NCBI GenBank assembly: GCA_036351155.1
Contig: JAZBOO010000249.1
Location: forward strand, 1-12,627
DNA from: Candidatus Krumholzibacteriia bacterium
GTDB lineage: Bacteria > Krumholzibacteriota > Krumholzibacteriia > LZORAL124-64-63
DNA length: 12,627 nt
Reading direction: 5' to 3'
Each line of letters begins with the position of its first letter. The stretch's first letter is position 1. Made by a program: the position numbers and the translations under genes. The notes under the pieces were generated by a model that was not told the origin of the DNA, made no database searches, and saw only the letters and a list, made by a program, of their open reading frames with translations. Shown one piece after another: positions 1-6,686 of this stretch.

Positions 1-188
1 CAGTGGAACAGATCGTCCCAGCAGGCTTCCTCGTTTTTCCAGCGGATGAAGCCGGTGAGTTGCTCGCCATCGGGCCAGGTGACGGTGCCGTAGATGAGGC
101 CGGCGGCAGGATCAGGAGATGCAACTACCTGGATGGGGGTAGCGGCCGTCAGAAAAAGGCACAGGAATAGAAGCAGGCGTTCAGACAT
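1..188 (-). CDS. Partial (5' end only) secreted hypothetical protein; runs off the left edge
   Basis: Not in the ORF track. Read manually from ATG at 188: MSERLLLFLCLFLTAATPIQVVASPDPAAGLIYGTVTWPDGEQLTGFIRWKNEEACWDDLFH..., open to position 1. A GAGG Shine-Dalgarno-like motif lies just upstream (ccGAGGaaaaacATG on the - strand). The hydrophobic N-terminus ending V-V-A resembles a signal peptide. Confidence 0.75.
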   Translation of the reverse strand, partial: MSERLLLFLCLFLTAATPIQVVASPDPAAGLIYGTVTWPDGEQLTGFIRWKNEEACWDDLFH

Positions 189-323
189 GTTTTTCCTCGG
201 CTGGGGGGCAAGGGATCGGGAACATTTTCTGATAACGTAAACAAAACGGCCGAGGTTGCATCGACTCTTCGACACCATCCGGTCATGGTCGGATCATCGC
301 CAGGGCATGACGAATCAAGTTGG

Positions 324-351
324 TGGACGAATGAGCGGCGGCGGCTATACT
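324..351 (+). promoter_or_regulatory. Candidate sigma70-type promoter for tyrA
   Basis: TGGACG (324-329), 16 nt spacer, TATACT (346-351), about 45 nt upstream of the tyrA start in a divergent intergenic region. Motif match only. Confidence 0.4.
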
Positions 352-394
352 GACCCGGAACCCCTGTCCCCCCAGATATTTCCGGAGAATGCCC

Positions 395-1531
395 ATGTCG
401 ATGCCCCCCGACCCCCTGGCTTCAACCCGCAACAAGCTCGATGTACTGGACAACCGCCTCCTGGATCTGCTGAAAGAACGTGGGGCGCTGGTGGCCCAGG
501 TGCTGGAAACCAAGAAGCGGGAAGGCTTGCCCATCTTTGTTCCCGAGCGGGAAACGCAGAAGGTGGTGAGCTTCCGGGAGGCGGCCCAGCAACGGGGTCT
601 GGACCCGGAATGGGCCGAGGATTTCCTGCGCATGGTCATGGGCTCGTCCCGGGCCAGCCAGTCGCTGGGCACACAGCCGTGCGCGACCGACGAGCCACGC
701 ATCGTTTTGCTGGTGGGTGGAAAGGGGCGCATGGGGGCACTGTACGGGAAGTTCTTCACCGCCAGCGGGCACCAGGTACGCGTTCTGGACCAGGAGGACT
801 GGGACCGGGCCGAGGAACTGACGCGCGGGGTCCATGCCGCCATCGTCACGGTACCCATCCGGCAAACTCCGCAGGTCATTGCCCGGCTGGCCCCTCTGCT
901 GGAGGCGGAGACCGTGCTGTGCGACTTCACCAGCCACAAGGCCGAACCCGTCCTGGCCATGTTGCAGGCCCATCCGGGGCCGGTGCTGGGCTTGCACCCC
1001 ATGCACGGGCCGGATGTGCAGAACCTTTCCAAGCAGCTGATGGTCACCTGCCCGGGACGGGACTCCGAGGCCTCGGCCTGGCTATGCGCACAGTTCCGTC
1101 TGTGGGGACTGCGCCTGCGGGATGTGCCGCCTCCCGTGCACGATGAAACCATGCATCTGGTCCAGGGACTGCGCCACTTTCTGGCGCTGCTGCACGGCTC
1201 GTTCCTGACCGAGGCGGGCAGGGATCCGGCCGACATGCTGGAGCTGTCGAGCCCCATTTACCGGGCCGAGCTGATGATGACCGGCCGCATCTTCGCCCAG
1301 AACCCCGAGCTGTACGCGGACATCGTCTTCAGCGATGAGCGCCGGCGCATGCTGTTGCTGGAGTTTCTGAACCATCACCAGCACCTGGCCGAGATGGTGG
1401 CCAACAACGACAAGGACGCGTTCATCGCGCGCTTCGTGGAAATCCAGGCCTTCTTCGGGGAGTTCGCGCAGCAGGCGCTCACCGAGAGCAGCTACCTGAT
1501 CCACCGGCTGGCTGATCGGTTTGCGGAATAG
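395..1531 (+). CDS. tyrA: Bifunctional chorismate mutase / prephenate dehydrogenase (T-protein)
   Basis: N-terminal AroQ-type CM domain (LASTRNKLDVLDNRLLDLLKER...GLPIFVPERE). Rossmann motif VGGKGRMG, then GPVLGLHPMHGP, HDETMHLVQGLRHF and LSSPIYRAEL...GRIFAQNPELYADI, collinear with E. coli TyrA as I recall it. ATG 395 is preferred over ATG 389 because GGAG (384-387) lies 7 nt upstream of it. Confidence 0.95.
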   Translation: MSMPPDPLASTRNKLDVLDNRLLDLLKERGALVAQVLETKKREGLPIFVPERETQKVVSFREAAQQRGLDPEWAEDFLRMVMGSSRASQSLGTQPCATDEPRIVLLVGGKGRMGALYGKFFTASGHQVRVLDQEDWDRAEELTRGVHAAIVTVPIRQTPQVIARLAPLLEAETVLCDFTSHKAEPVLAMLQAHPGPVLGLHPMHGPDVQNLSKQLMVTCPGRDSEASAWLCAQFRLWGLRLRDVPPPVHDETMHLVQGLRHFLALLHGSFLTEAGRDPADMLELSSPIYRAELMMTGRIFAQNPELYADIVFSDERRRMLLLEFLNHHQHLAEMVANNDKDAFIARFVEIQAFFGEFAQQALTESSYLIHRLADRFAE

Positions 1532-1539
1532 CCAGGAAG

Positions 1540-2688
1540 CTAGCGCCGGGCCAACACCTGGCCATCCAGCGTGTGGTACTGGCGATGCAGGTCGCAGCTG
1601 AGGCACGAGTGCACAGGCCACACCAGAACCAGGTCGCCGATTTCCAGTTCCGCCAGTTCCCGCCGGAACACTTCCGGTTCCACCTGAACGATCCCGTGTT
1701 CCTGGGACAGGCCGGTGATCGGCAGGTGGCTCAGAACTTGACCCATGGCGCGGCCCGAGGGATCCAGGGTGCCCAGGCAACCGTAAGTGTTTTGCCCATC
1801 GAAGCGCAGATGTTCCTTGGCCAGATGGACCGCTCCACCGTGGAGGACCAGGCGGCCCTGGTCGGGGTACATGCCCACCACCGGACAGGCCACCGCCACG
1901 GCCAGGTCCTTGTCCTGGCAGGCACCGATTTCCCGCTGCATCAGATCGAAGAACACGAAGTTCCCCGGACGGACCTCGTCCACTCCCTCGAAGGTGGGGA
2001 CGGTGGCGCAGCAAGGGGTGTCGCCCAGGGAAAGGTCCAGGCGCCGGGTGGTGGGCACCACACTGCGGGCCAGGGTCAGGCGCTCGACCGCGGCATCCCA
2101 GTGCGCCTGCAGATCCGGGACTCCGTGGGCGGCATAGCTGTCTCCGGTGTGGGAGAGCAGACCCGTGGGGGAGTGATGGGGGCCCAGGGCACCGGCCACA
2201 TCCCGCAGCAGAGCGGCGTGGTCCCAGGGAATGCCGGTGCGGCCGTAGCCGGTGTCGATCTTCAACCAGATGTGCACCGGGAGGTTGGCTTCCACCAGCT
2301 GGAGGGCGGTGGCCACGGCGTCGATGGTGACCCCGAGGCGCCCTTTTTTCTGATCCAGGTATTCGGCCAGTTCGCCCAGCCGGGGCAGCTCGCGGGGGTT
2401 CAGCAGGAAGGCCAGGGTGATGTCGTTCCAGCCGAACTCGGCAAAATACTCGGCCATGGGCAGGCTGGACACGGTGATGGCCGAGGTGTCGGCCTCCCGA
2501 AACCACTGGCCCACGGCTCCGGACTGGTGGGTCTTGAAATGGGGGCGAAAGCGCACCTGAGCGGCGGCGGCCTTGTCGGCCATCCGGCGGATGTTGTTGC
2601 GCACCCGCTGTTCATCCAGCACCACGGCAGGGCTGATCAACCCCAGTTCGCCCAGCTGACGGCTGGTTTTTTTCAGGAAATTTTCCAT
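1540..2688 (-). CDS. PLP-dependent fold-type III enzyme with alanine racemase N-terminal domain; D-threonine aldolase / D-serine dehydratase (DSD1)-like
   Basis: Motifs FRPHFKTHQS (PLP lysine), LKIDTGYGRTG, GLLSHTG, EVRPGNFVFFD, LSQEHG and C-terminal PVHSC (His/Cys metal ligands typical of the DSD1/D-TA family). Exact substrate cannot be assigned. Confidence 0.88.
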   Translation of the reverse strand: MENFLKKTSRQLGELGLISPAVVLDEQRVRNNIRRMADKAAAAQVRFRPHFKTHQSGAVGQWFREADTSAITVSSLPMAEYFAEFGWNDITLAFLLNPRELPRLGELAEYLDQKKGRLGVTIDAVATALQLVEANLPVHIWLKIDTGYGRTGIPWDHAALLRDVAGALGPHHSPTGLLSHTGDSYAAHGVPDLQAHWDAAVERLTLARSVVPTTRRLDLSLGDTPCCATVPTFEGVDEVRPGNFVFFDLMQREIGACQDKDLAVAVACPVVGMYPDQGRLVLHGGAVHLAKEHLRFDGQNTYGCLGTLDPSGRAMGQVLSHLPITGLSQEHGIVQVEPEVFRRELAELEIGDLVLVWPVHSCLSCDLHRQYHTLDGQVLARR

Positions 2689-2740
2689 GTGGACACTGTA
2701 TCAGGCAGAGGCTTATTTGTCACCGGCGACGATCCGCCTA

Positions 2741-2769
2741 TTGCCAATCTGGCCGCACTGGTCCACCAT
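2741..2769 (+). promoter_or_regulatory. Weak candidate sigma70-type promoter for the zinc-ribbon/lemA/htpX/rimK run
   Basis: TTGCCA (2741-2746), 17 nt spacer, CACCAT (2764-2769) in the divergent 2689-2808 intergenic gap. The -10 match is imperfect. Confidence 0.25.
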
Positions 2770-2808
2770 GTCGCCCAGTGAACGGCCCAAAGCCCGGAGG
2801 GTGAATTC

Positions 2809-3195
2809 TTGAAGTGTCCCATCTGCCGGGTGCCCGGCTTCGTTGTCGAATACGAGGGTATCGAGCTGGACATGTGCGCCGAATGTCAGGGCGTGTGGTT
2901 CGATGCCGGTGAACTGGAATTGATCCTGGGCCAGAGCCAGCCGGTGACCCAGTCGCCGGCGGTCTCTGCCGAGGTCAGGCGCAAGTGTCCCATCTGCCGC
3001 AAAAAGATGGACAAGGTGAATATCGGGCCCGATCGTCGGGTACTGATCGATACCTGTCCCGATGGCTGCGGCCTGTGGTTCGATGCCGGTGAGCTGGGCG
3101 AACTGACCAGGAACCTCACCGAAGAAGGCTGGCAGGTGGCTGCCGAGGTCCGCACATTCCTGGGCGGCATGTTCAACCATCCCGACGGGGAATAG
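2809..3195 (+). CDS. Tandem zinc-ribbon protein (zf-TFIIB-like, two repeats)
   Basis: Two units: CPIC...ELDMCAECQGVWFDAGEL and CPIC...IDTCPDGCGLWFDAGEL. The 'D-x-C-xx-C-x-G-x-W-F-D-x-G-E-L' signature is typical of bacterial zf-TFIIB domains. TTG start with GGAGG (2796-2800) 8 nt upstream. Confidence 0.85.
   Translation: MKCPICRVPGFVVEYEGIELDMCAECQGVWFDAGELELILGQSQPVTQSPAVSAEVRRKCPICRKKMDKVNIGPDRRVLIDTCPDGCGLWFDAGELGELTRNLTEEGWQVAAEVRTFLGGMFNHPDGE
2812..3150 (+). repeat. Intragenic tandem duplication (period about 170-180 nt) underlying the two zinc ribbons
   Basis: Exact repeats: AAGTGTCCCATCTGCCG at 2812-2828 and 2983-2999; TGTGGTTCGATGCCGGTGA at 2894-2912 and 3074-3092; CTGCCGAGGTC at 2966-2976 and 3140-3150. 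Confidence 0.85.
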
Positions 3196-3225
3196 CCCCC
3201 GCCGTGTATCCGAAAGGTGAACTCG

Positions 3226-3783
3226 ATGATTCCCTTTTTCATTCTGCTGGGTCTGATCGTCGTGGTCGTGATCTGGGTGATCGGCGTTTACAACAGTCTG
3301 GTGGCCTTGCGGAACCGCGTGCGCGAATCATGGGCCCAGGTCGATGTGCAGCTGAAGCGGCGTTTCGATCTGATTCCCAACCTGCTGGAAACCGTCAAGG
3401 GCTACATGAACCACGAGCGGGAAACCCTCGAAGCGGTGACCCAGGCCAGGGCCGCGATCAGCGGGGCAGGGGACCTGGAGTCGCGGATGGCGGCCGAGGC
3501 CGGCCTGACCGGAGCCCTGGGCAAGCTGTTTGCCGTGGCGGAATCGTATCCCGACCTGAAGGCCAGCACCAATTTCCTGGCCTTGCAGGAGGAGCTGACC
3601 AGCACCGAGAACAAGATCAGCTTTGCCCGGCAGTTCTACAACGAGACCGTGATGAACTTCAACAACAAGGTCCAGATGTTCCCGGGCAACATCATTGCCG
3701 GCATGTTCAACTTCGTGGCCGAAAAGTTCTTCGAACTGGACGACGAGGCCCAGCGCGAAGCTCCCAAGGTGGACTTCAGCTGA
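3226..3783 (+). CDS. lemA: LemA family protein
   Basis: Single N-terminal TM, then YNSLVALRNRVRESWAQVDVQLKRRFDLIPNLLETVKGY, AVAESYPDLKASTNFLALQEELTSTENKISFARQFYN and FPGNIIAGMFNF, all canonical LemA. ATG 3226 follows AAAGGTGA (3213-3220); the ORF-track GTG at 3217 overlaps that SD. Confidence 0.95.
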   Translation: MIPFFILLGLIVVVVIWVIGVYNSLVALRNRVRESWAQVDVQLKRRFDLIPNLLETVKGYMNHERETLEAVTQARAAISGAGDLESRMAAEAGLTGALGKLFAVAESYPDLKASTNFLALQEELTSTENKISFARQFYNETVMNFNNKVQMFPGNIIAGMFNFVAEKFFELDDEAQREAPKVDFS

Positions 3784-3784
3784 C

Positions 3785-5014
3785 ATGTGGGAACAGATAG
3801 CCTCCAACCGCCGGAAGTCCGTCTTCCTGGTTCTCCTGATGGCCCTCTTGCTGGCGGCCCTGGGCTGGGCCCTGGGTGAGTACTTCGTCGGCCAGGGTGG
3901 CGGGGCCATGGGTGTGGGTCTGGCGGTGGTCATCTGGTTCATCATGACCCTGGTGGCCTACTTCCAGGGCGACAACATCTACCTGACCATGAGCGGCGCC
4001 AAGAAGGTGGAGAAGGAAGATCTGCCGGTGCTGTTCAACGTGGTGGAGGAGATGACCCTGGCCGCGGGCTTGCCGAGTATGCCGGCGGTCTATGTGATCG
4101 ATGATCCGGCGCCCAATGCCTTTGCCACGGGGCGACGGCCTGAAACCGCCGCGGTGGCCGTGACCAGCGGGTTGCTCAAGCGTCTGAATCGCGACGAGTT
4201 GCAGGGAGTGATTGCCCACGAGATCGCCCATGTGCGCAACCGGGACATCCTGTTGATGCTGTTCGCCGGGGTGCTGGCCGGGGCCGTGGTTTTGCTGGCC
4301 CAGATCGGCATGCGGGGGATGTGGTTCGGTGGGGGACGGTCCCGTCGGCGGGAAGGCGGCGACGGCGGGGGACAGGCCATCATCATGGTCGTGGTGATCG
4401 TGCTGGCCATCCTGGCGCCCATCATGGCCCAGCTGATCTACTTCGCGGTGTCGCGCAAGCGTGAATACCTGGCCGATGCCTCGGCGGCGACCTTCACCCG
4501 TTACCCCGAGGGATTGGCCTCGGCCCTGGAGAAGATCAGCGCCTCACCGGCCAAGCTGGCCTCGGCCAACAAGGCCACCGCACCCATGTACATCATCAAC
4601 CCGCTGGCGCGCGACGGGAAGATGGCCGCCAACGGAACCAGCACGCATCCGCCCATCGACGAGCGGGTGCGCATCCTGCGTAGCATGGGCGGGGTCGGCT
4701 TTGCCGATTACGAGGAAAGCTACCGGAAGCTGAAGGGTGGCAAGGGTGTGATTCCCTCGTCGGCCATGGATGGGATCGGGGCCATGCCAGGATCGGCGGC
4801 GCGTGCGGCCACGGCCACCGCGGCTGCCGGTGCTCCCGAGGTGAACAAGCGTAAGCAGGCCCGGGAAACCGATGACTTCTTTTACGACAAGAACGGGTAT
4901 GACCGGATCGAGTGTCCCTGTGGAACCATCCTGAAGGTTCCTCCCAGTTTCAAGTCCGGACAGGTGAAGTGTCCCCGTTGCCGGCGCAAGCACGACGTCA
5001 AGAGGAGCCGCTGA
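3785..5014 (+). CDS. htpX: M48 family membrane zinc metalloprotease, HtpX-like, with C-terminal Cys4 zinc-ribbon extension
   Basis: Starts MWEQIASNRRKS at ATG 3785, 1 nt after the lemA stop. Contains PNAFATG, VAVTSGLL, ELQGVIAHEIAH (HExxH, 4217-4231), SRKREYLADA, GLASALEKI and STHPPIDERV, with four hydrophobic segments. lemA-htpX adjacency is well known. The ORF-track start at 3695 is an over-extension into lemA. Confidence 0.92.
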   Translation: MWEQIASNRRKSVFLVLLMALLLAALGWALGEYFVGQGGGAMGVGLAVVIWFIMTLVAYFQGDNIYLTMSGAKKVEKEDLPVLFNVVEEMTLAAGLPSMPAVYVIDDPAPNAFATGRRPETAAVAVTSGLLKRLNRDELQGVIAHEIAHVRNRDILLMLFAGVLAGAVVLLAQIGMRGMWFGGGRSRRREGGDGGGQAIIMVVVIVLAILAPIMAQLIYFAVSRKREYLADASAATFTRYPEGLASALEKISASPAKLASANKATAPMYIINPLARDGKMAANGTSTHPPIDERVRILRSMGGVGFADYEESYRKLKGGKGVIPSSAMDGIGAMPGSAARAATATAAAGAPEVNKRKQARETDDFFYDKNGYDRIECPCGTILKVPPSFKSGQVKCPRCRRKHDVKRSR

Positions 5015-5484
5015 TGGCCAAGAAAGATCCAGGACCTCCGGTGGTGGTGGGCTGGCGTGAGTCCATCGACCTGCCTGAATGGGGGATCGTGAATCTGCGC
5101 GCCAAGGTGGACACCGGCGCCCGCACCAGTGCTATCCACGTGGAAGACATGGAGGAGCTGCCGGACGGCCGCATGCAGTTCGATGTGGTGGTGAGCCTGA
5201 GACCTCGCAAGACGGTGCGGGTGGTGGCCACACCGGTGCGTCGGTCCACGGTCAAACCCAGCAGCGGGAAACGGCAAAGACGCCACGTTTTCCGGACACT
5301 CATGGTCATGGGCGCCCTGGAGAACGAGGTGGAGTTCAGCCTCGTGTCGCGGGAAAGCATGCTCAACCGGGCGCTGGTGGGGCGGAAGGCCCTGCCCAGG
5401 GGGGTTCTGGTGAATCCCCACCGGACCTATCGATTGACCCCGCGGCCTGGGAAGGCCTCACTCAAGAAAAAGAAGTCTCCATGA
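5014..5484 (+). CDS. RimK-associated retropepsin-like protease ('ATP-dependent zinc protease' / RimB-like family)
   Basis: VVGWRESIDLPEWGI...AKVDTGARTSAIH (DTG aspartic-protease motif from 5110), later FSLVSRESM and LVGR. The ATG overlaps the htpX stop (TGATG, 5012-5016) and the stop overlaps the rimK start (ATGA, 5481-5484). Confidence 0.88.
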   Translation: MAKKDPGPPVVVGWRESIDLPEWGIVNLRAKVDTGARTSAIHVEDMEELPDGRMQFDVVVSLRPRKTVRVVATPVRRSTVKPSSGKRQRRHVFRTLMVMGALENEVEFSLVSRESMLNRALVGRKALPRGVLVNPHRTYRLTPRPGKASLKKKKSP

Positions 5485-6686
5485 AAATCGCCATCCTGTC
5501 CTGTTCCCCCAAGTGCTACAGCACCATGCGTTTGCGCCAGGCGGCCCTGGATCGAGGCCTCAATGTCAAGGTCCTGAACACCCTGCGCTTTTCCATCGAT
5601 CTTCAGCACACGGAACCGGATCTGCACTATCGGGGCAAACCCCTGAGCGAGTACGACGCCATCATGCCGCGGATCGGTCACAGCATCACCTACTACGGAA
5701 CGGCGGTGGTCCGGCAGTTCGAGCAGATGGATGTGTACACACCCAACACCAGCAACGGTATCACCAACAGTCGGGACAAGCTGCGGGCACTGCAGATCCT
5801 CAGTCGGCACGATGTGGGCATTCCCCACACGACGTTCGTGCGCGATCGCAAGGATGTGCTGTCTTCGATCCGCGAGCTGGGGGGCGCTCCGGTCATCATC
5901 AAGATCCTGGAGGGGACCCAGGGTGTGGGGGTGATCCTGGCCGATACCGAGAAGGTGGCCGAGGCCATCATCGAGACCCTGCAAAGCACCAAGCAGAACG
6001 TGCTGGTCCAGAAGTTCGTGAAGGAAAGCCGAGGGCGGGATATCCGGGCCTTCGTGGTGGGCGACCGGGTGGTGGGGGCCATGCGGCGCACGGCGCAGGG
6101 CAACGAATACCGCAGCAACGTGCACCGCGGGGGCACGGTCGAAAAAGTGACTCTGGATCCCCTGTTCGAAGAGACCGCCGTACGGGCCGCCCAGATCCTG
6201 GGGTTGAGGGTGGCTGGCGTGGATATGCTCGAGGGGAAAGACGGACCCTTGATCATGGAGGTGAATTCCTCCCCCGGCCTCGAAGGGATCGAAGCGGCGA
6301 CGAGTCTGGATATTGCCGGCGAAATCATGGACTACATCGCCGACCAGGTGGGTTTTCCCGAGCTGGACATTCGCCAGCGCCTGACCGTGACCCGAGGGTA
6401 CGGTGTGGCTGATCTGATCATTCCGGAGGGTTTTCCCCTGGTGGGCATGACACTCAAGGACTCCGGCCTGCGTGAAAAGGACATCGTGGTCTTGACCCTC
6501 AAGCGCGGCGTGTCGGTGATCTCCAATCCCAAGATTTCGCGGGTCATCGAACCAGGAGATCATTTACTTTGCTACGGCAAGGTGGAGAGCATGCGTGAGC
6601 TGGGTATCGAACGGCCAAAACGCAAGCGCCGCCGGAAGGTGAAGAAGCTGGATCCCGAGCAAATTGAAACCCTGGGAGACGACTGA
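5481..6686 (+). CDS. rimK: RimK-family ATP-grasp alpha-L-glutamate ligase fused to a C-terminal TrkA_C (RCK_C) domain
   Basis: MKIAILS...YSTMRL, DAIMPRIGHSITYYGTAVVRQFE, SRDKLRALQIL, EGTQGVGV, YRSNVHRGG and EVNSSPGLEGIE closely follow RimK. The extra ~110 aa include LVGMTLKDSGLREKDIVVLTLKRG...NP...IEPGDHLLCYG, a TrkA_C pattern. 401 aa from ATG 5481. Confidence 0.92.
   Translation: MKIAILSCSPKCYSTMRLRQAALDRGLNVKVLNTLRFSIDLQHTEPDLHYRGKPLSEYDAIMPRIGHSITYYGTAVVRQFEQMDVYTPNTSNGITNSRDKLRALQILSRHDVGIPHTTFVRDRKDVLSSIRELGGAPVIIKILEGTQGVGVILADTEKVAEAIIETLQSTKQNVLVQKFVKESRGRDIRAFVVGDRVVGAMRRTAQGNEYRSNVHRGGTVEKVTLDPLFEETAVRAAQILGLRVAGVDMLEGKDGPLIMEVNSSPGLEGIEAATSLDIAGEIMDYIADQVGFPELDIRQRLTVTRGYGVADLIIPEGFPLVGMTLKDSGLREKDIVVLTLKRGVSVISNPKISRVIEPGDHLLCYGKVESMRELGIERPKRKRRRKVKKLDPEQIETLGDD

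Noticed and set aside
256..2781. Long alternative-frame ORFs (256..1146 +, 283..1257 -, 1082..2506 -, 1573..2781 +)
   Set aside because: They overlap tyrA or the PLP enzyme and give Arg/Pro/Gly-rich or antisense-type translations expected from high GC content.
2812..3092. Spaced direct repeats considered as a CRISPR-like array
   Set aside because: Only two copies of each, in frame within a CDS, encoding repeated protein motifs; no cas genes in the window.
3186..3201. CGGGG-aatagc-CCCCG hairpin over the zinc-ribbon stop codon
   Set aside because: 5-bp stem with no U-tract, which is common by chance at this GC content; not called as a terminator.
3695..3784. Upstream extension of htpX (and similarly 4912-5013 for the protease)
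   Set aside because: Both overlap the preceding gene out of frame, and coupled ATGs at 3785 and 5014 give family-typical N-termini.
5079..5480. 134-aa N-terminal extension of RimK in the ORF track, suggesting a protease-RimK fusion or frameshift
   Set aside because: The extension is an off-frame reading of the protease gene. RimK homology begins at MKIAILS (5481) with a standard ATGA overlap, so two separate genes is the simpler reading.
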